A DNA stretch of 43,138 bases from a virus (IMGVR_UViG_3300022407_002384:1-43138), one strand, 5' to 3'; positions 24,876 through 35,246 are shown, counted from the first letter of the stretch. A program made the numbers and translations. The notes: a model not told the origin generated them from the sequence alone.

Positions 24876-25454
24876 ATGGCTAATCCAGATCGTCCGAGCG
24901 GGCTCTCGCCTGTTCGGTATCTCTCTGGCGCGCCGTATAATGGGGCGGTCAACTACTACGCGACCGTTACCGGAGATGCGACCGCCATCTTTCTCGGCGA
25001 CCCGGTGAAACTCTCCGGAACCTCGCAGACCATCAACGGCCAGGTTCTGCCTGACGTTGACCAGGCTGCGACCGGTGATGTGATCGTTGGCGTTGTGGTC
25101 GGGGTTCTCCCCACCACGGCTGACAGCGTGATCTACCGCGCCGCCTCGACCCAGCGCATTCTGATGGTGGCTGACGATCCGAACCTCGTGTTCGAGATTC
25201 AGGAAGTCTCCGGCGGAACCGCGCTGACCGCTGACGCCATCGGCCTCAACGCCGATTTCGTCGTCGGTTCGGGTTCGACCTTCACCGGTCAATCCGGTGT
25301 GGAGCTGAACAACGTCGGCGAGGACACCACGAACACCCTCGATCTCAAGATCACGGGCTTCGTCAACCGTGCGGACAATGCCGTTGGCGAAAACGCCAAG
25401 TGGCTGGTCCGCATCAACCGTCATCAGTATGTCAACCAAGTGGCGGGGGTCTAG
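24876..25454 (+). CDS. Capsid decoration/cement protein
   Basis: MAN.D.P.GL.PV, IF.GD.V, V.DDP..VFEIQ; immediately upstream of the MCP. Confidence 0.65.
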   Translation: MANPDRPSGLSPVRYLSGAPYNGAVNYYATVTGDATAIFLGDPVKLSGTSQTINGQVLPDVDQAATGDVIVGVVVGVLPTTADSVIYRAASTQRILMVADDPNLVFEIQEVSGGTALTADAIGLNADFVVGSGSTFTGQSGVELNNVGEDTTNTLDLKITGFVNRADNAVGENAKWLVRINRHQYVNQVAGV

Positions 25455-25457
25455 ACC

Positions 25458-26369
25458 ATGACCGGCGTTATCAACACTGGCTCAATCGCCAAACTTCTCT
25501 GGCCCGGCCTGAATGCGGTCTGGGGCAAGGAATACGCAGAGCACCCGCAAGAGTGGCGTGATCTGGTCGATACCGAAACCTCCGACAAGATGTATGAGCA
25601 AGACGTGCTCATGCCCGGTTTCGGCCTCGCTCCGATCAAGACCGAAGGCGCGAGCATCTCCTACGACAGCACGTCGCAGGGCTACACCACGCAATATACT
25701 CACATCGCCTATGGCCTCGGGTTCATCGTGACCCGTGAAGCCATCGACGACAACCAGTATGAGCGCAAGGCCCTCGGCTCTACTGCTGATCTGGCGTTCT
25801 CCTTCCGTCAAACGAAGGAAAACGTGGTCGCCAACGTCTATAACCGGGCTTTCAACAGCTCGTATGTGGGCGGTGACGGCAAGGAACTGATCGCCACGGA
25901 TCACCCGATCCAGGCGGGCACGTTCTCCAACGAACTGGCCACCCCGGCAGACCTGTCGGAAGCCTCGCTGGAAGACCTCGCGGTTCAGATCATGAACGCG
26001 GTCAATGATCGGGGGATGAAAATCTCGATCATGCCGCGTGCCCTGATCGTTCCCCCGGCTCTGGTGTTCGAAGCCACCCGCATTCTGAAGTCCCAACTTC
26101 AGAACGACACGGCCAACAACGCCGTCAACGCGATCCGCTCGATGGGCCTGTTCCCTGAAGGCGTGAAGGTCAACCACTACCTGACCGACACGGATGCCTA
26201 CTTCATCCGGACCAACGCGAAGAACGGCCTCAAGCTGTTCCAGCGCACGTCGCCCGAGTTTGCTCAGGACAACGACTTCGATACGTCGAACCTGAAATAC
26301 AAGGGTTACGAGCGATATTCGACTGGATGGACAGATCCGAGAAGCCTGTATGCGAGCGCTGGCGCCTAG
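25458..26369 (+). CDS. Major capsid protein
   Basis: 303 aa; L.PGL..V.G.EY, K.EG..I.YD, P..LIVPP.L.F.A..IL, DFDT.N.KYK..ERYS.GW.DPR; followed by a terminator. Confidence 0.9.
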   Translation: MTGVINTGSIAKLLWPGLNAVWGKEYAEHPQEWRDLVDTETSDKMYEQDVLMPGFGLAPIKTEGASISYDSTSQGYTTQYTHIAYGLGFIVTREAIDDNQYERKALGSTADLAFSFRQTKENVVANVYNRAFNSSYVGGDGKELIATDHPIQAGTFSNELATPADLSEASLEDLAVQIMNAVNDRGMKISIMPRALIVPPALVFEATRILKSQLQNDTANNAVNAIRSMGLFPEGVKVNHYLTDTDAYFIRTNAKNGLKLFQRTSPEFAQDNDFDTSNLKYKGYERYSTGWTDPRSLYASAGA

Positions 26370-26379
26370 TGCAACTACA

Positions 26380-26420
26380 GGGGGAGGGTTTCGGCTCTCC
26401 CCCATCTTTCCCCCCTTTTT
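26380..26420 (+). terminator. Intrinsic terminator after the MCP
   Basis: GGGGGAG-ggtttcggct-CTCCCCC followed by pyrimidine/T tracts. Confidence 0.7.
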
Positions 26421-26482
26421 GAACGTCGTGGAGCGATCACGCTCTGGCGGCTCCGGCTGCGGCGTTTGCATGGAGACTTCCA

Positions 26483-27520
26483 ATGACCTTGACCAACTTC
26501 CCTAACGGGATTTCGTCCTTCGGCATCCCCATTGTTGGCGGCGCTGGCATCGCGTTCACCGGCAAATACTGGTTTGTTGACCCGGCCAACGGTTCGGACG
26601 GCAACACCGGCAAAAGCCCGTCTCGCGCGTTCGCCACGCTCTACAAGGCCCATGCTTCGGCTGTGGCGGGTCGCAATGACGTGGTTTACCTGATCGGCAA
26701 CGGCGCCGCGTCGGGCACGGCTCGCCTTTCGACTGCCCTCGCTCAAGCGGTGGACAGTTCGGCGACCGCCGGAACGCTCAACTGGACGAAGAACGCCACG
26801 CACCTGATCGGCATCTGCGCCCCGTCTTCGACCGGCCAGCGCGCCCGCATCGCCCCTCCGACCGGCGTTTACACGCAGGCCACGTTCGGTTCCGGCAACT
26901 TCGTGGTCGTGACCGGCAGCGGGTGCATGTTCCAGAACATCAGCCTGTATCACGGCTTCTCGACCGGCGGGACGAACCAGATTTGCTGGACCGACAACGG
27001 CTCCCGCAACGCCTACATCAACGTCAACTTCGGCGGCATGGGCGACGACGCGTCGGCGCAAAACACCGGCTCGCGTTCGCTCAAGATCGGCTCTGGCGGT
27101 TCGGGCGAGAACTACTTCTATCAATGCACCGTGGGCCTCGACACCGTGACCCGCACGGTTGCCAACGCCTCGCTGGAGTTCGCTGGCGCCACCCCGCGCA
27201 ACCGGTTCGTCGAATGCGTCTTCCCGTTCCAGACGTCGGCGGCTGGCGTGCTGGGCATCATCGGCACCGGCAACGGCTGCATGGACCGCTATCAACTGTT
27301 TGAGCGGTGCTCGTTCATCAACAACATCAGTTCGACCAGCACGGCGATGACGGTTCTCACCACGCTTTCGACGGCTTCGCCCGGCGGTCTGATTCTGCAC
27401 AAGGATTCTACCCTGGTCGGCATCGGCGAGTTCGGTGGGACCAACGGTCTGGCCAACTCGTATGTCGATGGTGGCGCCCCGACTGCGGCCTCCACGGGCA
27501 TCGCGGTCAACCCGTCCTAG
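26483..27520 (+). CDS. Virion protein with a predicted parallel beta-helix (head fibre/spike candidate)
   Basis: WFVD..NGSDGN.G.S...AFAT...A...A......VYL..G cap motif, then N/C/G-rich beta repeats. Confidence 0.6.
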   Translation: MTLTNFPNGISSFGIPIVGGAGIAFTGKYWFVDPANGSDGNTGKSPSRAFATLYKAHASAVAGRNDVVYLIGNGAASGTARLSTALAQAVDSSATAGTLNWTKNATHLIGICAPSSTGQRARIAPPTGVYTQATFGSGNFVVVTGSGCMFQNISLYHGFSTGGTNQICWTDNGSRNAYINVNFGGMGDDASAQNTGSRSLKIGSGGSGENYFYQCTVGLDTVTRTVANASLEFAGATPRNRFVECVFPFQTSAAGVLGIIGTGNGCMDRYQLFERCSFINNISSTSTAMTVLTTLSTASPGGLILHKDSTLVGIGEFGGTNGLANSYVDGGAPTAASTGIAVNPS

Positions 27521-27568
27521 TGACAGGCGGGGGGATGGGAAACTGTCCCCCTTGCCACAGGAGGCGAC

Positions 27569-27838
27569 ATGAGCGGACGCAATAGCTCAGACTTCAAGGG
27601 CGAACAGCGCATCGGGTCGTATCGGGTCACATGCGACCGGTCGGGCTTTGAGTGCTGGGCTGAAGACACGGTGATGGAATGGGACGGGCTGCGGGTTAAG
27701 CGCGAGTTCGCCGACATGTTCCGCCAGCCGCAGGATTTTGTCCGGGGCGTGGCGGACTATCAGAACGTCCCCAATCCCCGGCCTGAACCGCCTGACGTGT
27801 TCATTGCGCCGGGCGATGTGACGCCGGGTGACCTGTAA
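27569..27838 (+). CDS. Hypothetical virion-module protein
   Basis: AGGAGG RBS; CDRSGF...EWDGL.V...RQPQDFVRGV.D...P..RPEP. Confidence 0.75.
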   Translation: MSGRNSSDFKGEQRIGSYRVTCDRSGFECWAEDTVMEWDGLRVKREFADMFRQPQDFVRGVADYQNVPNPRPEPPDVFIAPGDVTPGDL

Positions 27839-28530
27839 TGGCCACATCGGGAACAATCGACTTCACCCTGACGAGCCGCCAGATCATCAGGCGCGCAATG
27901 CGGATGCTCCGGATCATCCCCTTAGGGGAAGACCCGACATCGTGGGAGGCAGACGACGCTATCGACGCGATGAACCTTCTGCTGAAAACATGGGGGGCGA
28001 ACAAGCATCTTTGGCTTTACGCAGAGGGCACTCAGGCGCTCACAGCCACAACGCAAAGCTATGCCCTGACGGGTGTGTTGCGTGTCACGTCGGTTCGTTC
28101 GCGGACAGCCGGGATTGATCTGCCGCTGATCGAATTGAGCCGGTCGGACTATTACGACCTTCCGACCAAAAGCGCGACGGGAACGCCGGTAAACTGGTAT
28201 TTCGACCCGCTCCGCAGCAGCAAGACGCTTTACATCTGGCCGACTGCCTCAACTGGCGTAGCGGCAGCGACTACCCTCAAATACACCTATGCTCGCGTTA
28301 TCGAAGACGTGGATACGCTCGATAACGAGGCGGACGTTCCCCAAGAGTGGCTTGAGGCCCTGACCTACAGCCTGTCGGATCGTCTCGCGTTTACCTACGG
28401 CGCGACCCCGGTTCCGGCCACTGACCGCCGCTACGCCACGATGGGTGAGCAACTGGTCGCCATGATTTCCGTGTCCGACGAAGAGCCGGGCTCACTTTAC
28501 CTGCAACCCTACTATCAAGGAGCCTGGTGA
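27838..28530 (+). CDS. Head-tail adaptor / tail tubular protein candidate
   Basis: 230 aa; K..TG.P..WY, Y.WP, PQEW.EAL...L; position after head genes. Confidence 0.65.
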   Translation: MATSGTIDFTLTSRQIIRRAMRMLRIIPLGEDPTSWEADDAIDAMNLLLKTWGANKHLWLYAEGTQALTATTQSYALTGVLRVTSVRSRTAGIDLPLIELSRSDYYDLPTKSATGTPVNWYFDPLRSSKTLYIWPTASTGVAAATTLKYTYARVIEDVDTLDNEADVPQEWLEALTYSLSDRLAFTYGATPVPATDRRYATMGEQLVAMISVSDEEPGSLYLQPYYQGAW

Positions 28531-29000
28531 TGGCACTCCTACGCCTGCGAGGCGCGCTTGACCGTGCTCTCGCCGTTGTTTCAGTTAGCACGACCGGTGG
28601 GGCCTTCTATCAGAAGGACGACGACACCACGGCGGCGGCTCTGCTGACCAGCCCTGTGGACGCTGACGGCGTGGCATTCGGCACGGCGGGCAACCCGATC
28701 ATCGTGAATGACGTGTCGGGCGGTGGCGCTTCGACGATCTACTCTGACCAGCAGGTTGTTACGGCTTCGGCTGTAGCCCTGACGACGCAAGCCCTGATCA
28801 ACGGCGTGACCATCAAGGCCAAGTCCACTAACACGGCGGCGGTGTTTGTCGGCGGGTCGGGTGTGACCGCAACGAACGACGGAACCGGCAACGGCTTCGC
28901 CATTCTACCGGGTGAGGCGATCTCTTATCCGGTTTCCACGACCGCCGGGATTTACGTCATCGGCACCCTCAACGACATCGTTTACGTGACGGGAGCCTAG
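28527..29000 (+). CDS. Hypothetical virion protein
   Basis: 157 aa beta-rich ORF; AAGGAG RBS. Confidence 0.65.
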   Translation: MMALLRLRGALDRALAVVSVSTTGGAFYQKDDDTTAAALLTSPVDADGVAFGTAGNPIIVNDVSGGGASTIYSDQQVVTASAVALTTQALINGVTIKAKSTNTAAVFVGGSGVTATNDGTGNGFAILPGEAISYPVSTTAGIYVIGTLNDIVYVTGA

Positions 29001-29002
29001 AG

Positions 29003-29785
29003 ATGATGACGTCATTTTCCTCGGCATCGAACAGCAGCCGCTCGCAACTGTTCACGTCCAGTGGGTCGTTTGTTGTCCCCGCCAACGTCTCGGTCGTTTA
29101 CGTCACCATGAACGGCGGCGGGGCCGGTGGTGGCGGTGGCCATGCCACGGGCGGCGCTGGCGGTGGTGGTGGCCCCGGTAACGCGGTTCTGCGCCGTGCA
29201 ATGGCGGTTACGCCGGGTTCAACCCTCACTGTCACGGTTGGGGCCAAAGGCACCGGCGGGGCCATCGGTGTTAGCGGCACGGCGGGCGGTGAATCCCGCG
29301 TGAGCGGCGGTTTGTCTCCCGTTATTGCTGCCTGTGGCGGCGCTTTGGGTGGTGCTGGCGGTGCGGCCAACGGTGGGGCCGGTGGCGGTAGCGGCGTGGC
29401 CGGTGCTGTCGCTGTTATCTCTGGTGGGGCCGGGGGTGCGGGCGGTGCTGCGGCGGGCTCATCGGGGGCTGTTGCGACCTCGACCGGCGATCTGACGACC
29501 GGCACGGGCGGTTCGTCCGGTGCGGGCACGGGCTCGGGCGGCGGTGGTCTAAGCCGCAGCTTTTTCACCACGGGCGGTCTGAGCTATGTGCTGGGCGGCG
29601 CGAACATCGGCGGCGGCGCCGGGGGCTGCACGATCTTCGGTGACGGCGGGGCCGGAACGGCTGCGACTGTCACGGGCGTAGCTGCTGCTGCGACGGCCTA
29701 TGGCGCGGGTGGTGGTGGCGGTGGTCAGAACGCGGCTGGCGGGGACGGCTGCGCCGGGATGGTCTTGATCGCGTGGGAAGGCTAA
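29003..29785 (+). CDS. Glycine-rich virion/fibre protein
   Basis: FTSSGSF.VP..V..V.V...GGG.GG...GG.G..G.V.I glycine-rich domain. Confidence 0.75.
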   Translation: MMTSFSSASNSSRSQLFTSSGSFVVPANVSVVYVTMNGGGAGGGGGHATGGAGGGGGPGNAVLRRAMAVTPGSTLTVTVGAKGTGGAIGVSGTAGGESRVSGGLSPVIAACGGALGGAGGAANGGAGGGSGVAGAVAVISGGAGGAGGAAAGSSGAVATSTGDLTTGTGGSSGAGTGSGGGGLSRSFFTTGGLSYVLGGANIGGGAGGCTIFGDGGAGTAATVTGVAAAATAYGAGGGGGGQNAAGGDGCAGMVLIAWEG

Positions 29786-31153
29786 GTGAAAATCCCCTAC
29801 GGCATCGGGGCTTACAGGCGTTCAAGCGCCAGGCTTCCGGAAATCATCTGCCGTAACCAATACGTCGAAAGCGCCCCGTCGAACGCGGGGGAACTGGTCG
29901 CGCTTATCCCGCGTCCGGGAATGTCTCTGCATCAAACGCTCGGCAATGGCCCGGTGCGGGGAATGTATCGTCAGGACGGCGTGTTGCTGGGCGATATATT
30001 CACCGTGTCGGGTCAGGAGCTGTTCCGGGGTTCGGTATCGCTTGGGGCGATTGCGGGGACCGGTGTGGTGGACGTTGATGCGCTCTCTGCGGAGGTCTTC
30101 ATCGCGGCGGGCACGTTCTATTCCACGGACGGCGTAACGGTTTCGATCATCTCGTTTCCGGATAGCGCCAACGTGGTTTCAGTGGCGTGCATTGACGGGC
30201 TGGTGGTGGCGGTTCGGGAAGACACCGGGCGCATGTATTTCCGGCTCCCCGGAAGCTCGACATGGGACGCGCTGGACTACTTCACGGCAGAGGAAGAGCC
30301 TGACCCGGTGATTGCGGTTCGCAAGGTCGGGAATGAGCTATGGGCGTTCGGGACGTCCACGGTTCAGCCGTTCGCATCTACCGGAAGCAGCGATACGCCG
30401 TTCCAGCCTATTCAGGGCCGGGAGTTCCTTCGCGGGTGTCGGGCGCGTTCGTCGATTGCGGAGCTGGACAATAGTATCTTCTGGGTCGGCGAGGATGGCA
30501 TTGTCTATCGCGGTTCGACCACGCCGATTGTGGTTTCCACCCCTTCGGTATCGGAGCGCATCAAGGCTTGTGACCCGGAAGACCTTTCCGCCTTCACCTA
30601 TAGCTGGGATGGGCACGTTTTCTATGTCTTGAAGACGCTGCAAAGCTCGTGGGTGTTCGACATCTCAACGGGCGAATGGCACGAAGCCTTGTCCTACGGC
30701 CTGCCCTACTGGCGCGGTGGATTGGGTGTCATGGATGGCCTTAGCGTCTATGTCGGCGACACTGAGGATGGACGTATCTGGACGCTGAACGCGGACCTGG
30801 TGGCCGATGGTTCCGACGTGCTGGAGCGCACATTTACGGCGGGGATTGAAACCGATCAGCCGGGATCGTGCGACGTCATCCAGATTGACGCCACATCGGG
30901 CTTTGTGGCGACGGGAACGACGGCCAGCATTGAAATGCGGTGGTCAGACGACGTGGGCAACAGTTGGTCAAACTGGCGCTCGGCTTCGCTGGGCAGCACG
31001 GGCAACTATCGCAAACAGGTCGCATGGCGAGCCTTGGGATTGATTGATGTTCCGGGCCGGGTGTTCGAGTTCCGGCTTACCGATGCGGCTCCGTGGCGCT
31101 TGTCGGCTGTTCGGATGAACGAATCGTTCGTGGGTGGTCGCTCGCGTGGTTGA
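29786..31153 (+). CDS. Packaged-DNA stabilisation / tail hub protein (P22 gp10-like)
   Basis: 455 aa; AE..PD, W.FG..T, WSDD.G..WS......G..G.Y.....W..LG. Confidence 0.8.
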   Translation: MKIPYGIGAYRRSSARLPEIICRNQYVESAPSNAGELVALIPRPGMSLHQTLGNGPVRGMYRQDGVLLGDIFTVSGQELFRGSVSLGAIAGTGVVDVDALSAEVFIAAGTFYSTDGVTVSIISFPDSANVVSVACIDGLVVAVREDTGRMYFRLPGSSTWDALDYFTAEEEPDPVIAVRKVGNELWAFGTSTVQPFASTGSSDTPFQPIQGREFLRGCRARSSIAELDNSIFWVGEDGIVYRGSTTPIVVSTPSVSERIKACDPEDLSAFTYSWDGHVFYVLKTLQSSWVFDISTGEWHEALSYGLPYWRGGLGVMDGLSVYVGDTEDGRIWTLNADLVADGSDVLERTFTAGIETDQPGSCDVIQIDATSGFVATGTTASIEMRWSDDVGNSWSNWRSASLGSTGNYRKQVAWRALGLIDVPGRVFEFRLTDAAPWRLSAVRMNESFVGGRSRG

Positions 31154-32120
31154 GGTTTCTCCCCCTAATGCACGGTTTCCGCTGGGGACCGTCGTCATTG
31201 ACGGCAAAAGCTACCCGGTGTTTCCCGATAAGGACTATCACCGGCAGGGATGGGACCTGTGGCGCCGCACCGGTGGGTTTGACGATAATATTGCGCTGAC
31301 GCTGGCGCTGATCGCCACGGGTGACGCCAGTTTGGCCGGGCTCTCGGCTGATCTGGATTCGGTTCAGCGGGTGGTTTCGGAGGTTCGGGCGCTCATCTCG
31401 CAGGGCGCGACGATTGATCTTGAAGGCGAGGTAAGCGCGCTTCGCAGCGCGGTGGAATCGCTCCGCTCCGGGCTGGATTCGGTCATATCGGACAACGCGT
31501 CGGCCATCATCGGCGATATTGTCAGCGCGCTTCAGGCATCGGCGCAGGCATCGGCATCCGATGAAACCCGGCAAGAAATCACCGATATTGAATCCCAAAT
31601 CGACGCTCTGGGGACCAACATCGCCGCCCTTCGCGGTGACACGTTCGGCACGGAACAGCTTGAAGAGACGAAGGCGGACAAGTCCACGCAGGCGATTGCC
31701 GGAACGGGCCTTAGCGGCGGCGGGACGCTCGGGGCCAACTTCACATTCAATCTCGCTGACACGGTTGTCACCCCAGCCACTTACGGTTCATCCAGTGAGT
31801 ATGTGACGTTCACCGTTGACCAGCAGGGCAGGCTTACGGCGGCTTCTGAGGGCGCTTTGAGCACGTCCAACATCACCGAGGGGTCCAACCTCTACTACAC
31901 GGACGCAAGGGCGCGCTCGGCCCTTAGCGGGACCGGGGCGGTGTCTTACAATTCCGGGACCGGGGTTATTAACATCACGACCCGCACCGGCTGGACCGCT
32001 GCAACGGGCACGGCAACCCGCGCGACATTCGACACGGCGACCGTAACGCTTTCGGCACTGGCTGAGGCGGTCAAGGCGCTACTCGACGACCTGACTACCT
32101 CCAACATCATCGGGGCCTGA
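31146..32120 (+). CDS. Tail needle/fibre-like protein
   Basis: Long heptad coiled coil, then TVDQQGRLTAA and EGSNLYYTDAR fibre motifs; P22 gp26-like position. Confidence 0.6.
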   Translation: MVEVSPPNARFPLGTVVIDGKSYPVFPDKDYHRQGWDLWRRTGGFDDNIALTLALIATGDASLAGLSADLDSVQRVVSEVRALISQGATIDLEGEVSALRSAVESLRSGLDSVISDNASAIIGDIVSALQASAQASASDETRQEITDIESQIDALGTNIAALRGDTFGTEQLEETKADKSTQAIAGTGLSGGGTLGANFTFNLADTVVTPATYGSSSEYVTFTVDQQGRLTAASEGALSTSNITEGSNLYYTDARARSALSGTGAVSYNSGTGVINITTRTGWTAATGTATRATFDTATVTLSALAEAVKALLDDLTTSNIIGA

Positions 32121-32121
32121 T

Positions 32122-32454
32122 ATGGCGATTAAACTCATCACGACCGATACGGTCCTGACCAATGCGGCGGCGTCTATCCTCACGGCGGGGGCCAACGAGG
32201 CGAACACCATCGTCAAGGCGCTGATCTGCAATAACGACGCGGTGGCCAGACTGGTGACGATCTACGTCGAACCGGGCGGGGGCGCGGCAACGAATAAGAT
32301 CATCAACGCCCTGTCGATTTCCACACTGGAAACCAAAACGCTCCCGCTTTCCGGTGTCGCCATTGCGAACGGGGCCATTCTCTACGCCTACGCCGATACC
32401 GGTTCGGTGGTTAACCTGGTCCTGACCGTCTCGCGGACAGAGCAGACGCCTTGA
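32122..32454 (+). CDS. Hypothetical virion protein
   Basis: 110-aa beta-rich ORF in the tail module. Confidence 0.7.
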   Translation: MAIKLITTDTVLTNAAASILTAGANEANTIVKALICNNDAVARLVTIYVEPGGGAATNKIINALSISTLETKTLPLSGVAIANGAILYAYADTGSVVNLVLTVSRTEQTP

Positions 32455-32876
32455 TCCGCCGCGCCACGCCGGAAGACATTCCCGCGCTCGTGGAGCTTGG
32501 AAAGAAGTTTCACGCGGCATCGCCCTACGCGCACCTTCCCTATGTCCCTGAACGGGTCGCCTCGACGGTCGCGCATATCCTTGAAGCTGGCTGCGTGATG
32601 GTCAGCGACGTGGATGGGGTCAGGGGCATGTCGGCGGCGATGGCCGGGCCGATGTGGTTTAGCGACGTTCCGGCAGCGCAGGAGCTGTTCTGGTGGTCGG
32701 ACGGAAGCGGGGAAGCCCATGAGCTAAGGGCGGCTCTGGAGGCTTGGGCGCGGGATCAGGGATGCGCCCTGTTCGTCATGGTCTGCCTTGAAAACGAAAA
32801 GGCCCCGGTTTTGGCAAGGCTGTATCGCCGGGATGGATACCAGCCCGTTGAACATCATTTCATTCGGAGGCTCTAG
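32451..32876 (+). CDS. GNAT-family acetyltransferase-like protein
   Basis: IRRAT.EDIP.L N-terminus; E.WA...G and RLY.R.GY...E. Confidence 0.75.
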   Translation: MIRRATPEDIPALVELGKKFHAASPYAHLPYVPERVASTVAHILEAGCVMVSDVDGVRGMSAAMAGPMWFSDVPAAQELFWWSDGSGEAHELRAALEAWARDQGCALFVMVCLENEKAPVLARLYRRDGYQPVEHHFIRRL

Positions 32877-33872
32877 ATGGCCGCAATTACATCGTCTCTG
32901 ATTGCTGCGGGGATTGGCGCGGCGGGTGCAATCGGTGCGTCTGCCCTTGCCAACAAAGGCGCGTCTGCGGCGGCGAACGCGCAAACGCAGGCGGCGAACA
33001 GCGCCAACGCGACCCAGCTTCAGATGTTCAACCAGCAGCGGGCGGATTCCGAACCGTGGCGCCAGGTTGGCGGTCAAGCCCTGAACCTCATGGGCCAGCT
33101 TTACGGCTTCACCCCGACGTTTAACGCGACCGTTCCGGGCCAAGCGCCGACGACGGGGCCGGGGACGGGCGCACAGACCGTGCAGCAGCAGCTTGCGGCG
33201 GCGGGTATCCGGCTGGGGGCCAAGCAACAGCAGCAGCTTAACTCGGCCATCGCATCGGGCGGGGCGAGTGGCGACCTTGCCCAGACGCTCGCCAATGCCG
33301 GGATCGTTCTGGGTTCGGGTCAACAGCGGGCGTTCGCCGCGTATCGGCCAGAGCAAAACACAACGCCGCAGGCCAGCGGAGAGCCGACCACGACCAGCCC
33401 GACCACGACCACGGGCGCGGCGATGAACCCGACCGAATGGCTTTCCCGGATGCCCGGCTATCAGTTCCGGATGAACGAGGGGACCAAGGCGCTCAACACG
33501 TCATGGGCGGCCAACGGAATGCGGGAGAGCGGGGCCGCTGAAAAGGCGCTGCTTCGCTACGGACAGGACTACGCGTCGAACGAGTTCAACAACGAATGGA
33601 ACCGTCTGGCGGGCCTTGCAGGCGTTGGGCAGGCGGTGAACAGTTCAAACAACGCACTGGCCCAAAACTACGCCAACCAGACCGGCGCGAACACGATGAA
33701 CGCGGGGGCGGCGCGGGCGTCGTCCTACGCTCAACAGGGCCAGAACAACGCCAACGCATTTGGCTATGCAGCGGGGCGGATTTCCAACCTGCCGTGGGAT
33801 ACCTGGGGCAGCGGCGGGGGATCGGGCATCGGTCAGGGCGGTAACAGCGGATTGGACAACTATCGTGGCTGA
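32877..33872 (+). CDS. DNA ejection (pilot) protein, P22 gp7-like
   Basis: Gly/Ala-rich hydrophobic N-terminus, Q/N-rich body, PGYQFR..EG...SG...KAL.RYGQDYAS.EF. Confidence 0.8.
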   Translation: MAAITSSLIAAGIGAAGAIGASALANKGASAAANAQTQAANSANATQLQMFNQQRADSEPWRQVGGQALNLMGQLYGFTPTFNATVPGQAPTTGPGTGAQTVQQQLAAAGIRLGAKQQQQLNSAIASGGASGDLAQTLANAGIVLGSGQQRAFAAYRPEQNTTPQASGEPTTTSPTTTTGAAMNPTEWLSRMPGYQFRMNEGTKALNTSWAANGMRESGAAEKALLRYGQDYASNEFNNEWNRLAGLAGVGQAVNSSNNALAQNYANQTGANTMNAGAARASSYAQQGQNNANAFGYAAGRISNLPWDTWGSGGGSGIGQGGNSGLDNYRG

Positions 33873-34572
33873 GTTCATCAACGCTCTTCGTCAGGGCATG
33901 GCCGATCAGACCGATTGGCAGCAGACGGACACGCGGCGCAAGGCCGGTAAGTCGTTCTCGGCTGGTGACTACGGCGCGGCGTCGGGCATCCTTGCGGGTG
34001 AGGGCCTGCTTCCGGAAGCGGCCCAGATGCGGGGCTACGGTCAGCAGGAACAGGCCGGGCAGGCGGAAGCGGCGCGCAAGGAACAGAAAGACCGGGCCGA
34101 ATGGATGCTGAACGGCGTCAACGGCCTTATGTCGGTTCCGGAAGCCCAGCGCACGCAAGTGTTTGATCGGCACCTTGTTCCGACCCTGCAAGCGATGGGG
34201 GTTCCGCCGGAAATCATCGAAGGCCTGCGCTCTTCGCCAAAGGATGACGCCACCCTTCGCGCGTTCGCCGCTACGCTGGGTCAGGAAGCGGCAAAGCTGC
34301 AAATGTTCAACACGGCTGGCGGCGTTGTCGGCGTTGACCCGCAATCGGGACAAAGCCGGATGCTGTATGAGGCCGAACCGAAGGAGACCGCAGCTCCTGC
34401 CGGATACCGATGGACGGAAAGCGGGGACCTCGCCGTCATTCCCGGCGGCCCGGCTGATCCGCGTGTAATTGGGACGCGGGCGGCGGCTGGACGCGCCCCG
34501 CCCCGGCCTCGCGCACCGTCTCGCGGTGGCAGCAGCAAGCCATCCGTCCCCGCTGGCTTCATTCTGGATTAG
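33865..34572 (+). CDS. Probable DNA ejection protein
   Basis: GTG 33865; Ala/Gln-rich; follows the gp7-like gene. Confidence 0.6.
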   Translation: MAEFINALRQGMADQTDWQQTDTRRKAGKSFSAGDYGAASGILAGEGLLPEAAQMRGYGQQEQAGQAEAARKEQKDRAEWMLNGVNGLMSVPEAQRTQVFDRHLVPTLQAMGVPPEIIEGLRSSPKDDATLRAFAATLGQEAAKLQMFNTAGGVVGVDPQSGQSRMLYEAEPKETAAPAGYRWTESGDLAVIPGGPADPRVIGTRAAAGRAPPRPRAPSRGGSSKPSVPAGFILD

Positions 34573-34577
34573 ACCAC

Positions 34578-35246
34578 ATGGCGACCCAAATCATCGTTGA
34601 AGGCCAGACGGCGACCAACCACGATACCGGCAAGAAAATCGTTTACCGGAAGGGTAAATGGTATCCGGTAGATCAGGACCCCGGCGGCACGAAGCCTGCC
34701 GATGGCGCTCTTGAACCGTTGACGCCGGGAGCGGAGTCCCGCACTCGCCTTGGCCTTGGCCTTGGCCCGGCAGTTGAGGCGCAAAAGCAGTTCTACGCGT
34801 CCGAGGGATGGAAGCCGGGAACTGCTAACCCAGCGGGCGTAAACCCCTTCACGAAGGATTGGGGCGCTCGTCTCGCAGAGGGCATTCCGTGGGATAACGG
34901 TGTCGCAGCTCGCATTATTGGCGGCCAAGACTATCAGGACTACGAACAGGCGTCGAAGACGTTTGAAAGCGCGTTCCTGCCGATCCTTTCCGGCGCCGCA
35001 GTCACGCCGACAGAAGCGCAGCGCATGATCCGCGCCAACCTGCCGCAGATGGGCGACACGCCGCAAACCCTGGCCAAAAAAGCTCGAAACCGCGCCATGA
35101 TGATTAACGCGGCAGCGGACCTCATGGGCAAGCCTCGGCCATTTCCGCGTGTCGGTATTATTGACCTCACCGGGCGCGAACCAGCTTCGGCTCCCGCAAA
35201 GCCAGTCGCCCAAGGTGACGGCTGGAAAGTTCTATCGGTGGAATAA
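34578..35246 (+). CDS. Probable DNA ejection protein
   Basis: SGAAVT..E......P..GD......K...R motif; position. Confidence 0.6.
   Translation: MATQIIVEGQTATNHDTGKKIVYRKGKWYPVDQDPGGTKPADGALEPLTPGAESRTRLGLGLGPAVEAQKQFYASEGWKPGTANPAGVNPFTKDWGARLAEGIPWDNGVAARIIGGQDYQDYEQASKTFESAFLPILSGAAVTPTEAQRMIRANLPQMGDTPQTLAKKARNRAMMINAAADLMGKPRPFPRVGIIDLTGREPASAPAKPVAQGDGWKVLSVE

Noticed and set aside
12803-27400. Long antisense ORFs (e.g. 12803-13960, 19726-20658, 21072-22439, 24363-25439, 25482-26483, 26375-27400)
   Set aside because: They shadow well-supported plus-strand genes, as expected in GC-rich DNA, and show no recognisable motifs
29100-29760. GGC/GGT-rich repetitive tract as a repeat array or CRISPR
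   Set aside because: Explained by glycine codons; no repeat-spacer periodicity
32451-32876. GNAT protein as a toxin or anti-defence gene
   Set aside because: Its position just before the ejection genes is common in podovirus morphogenesis modules, and no antitoxin-like partner is seen
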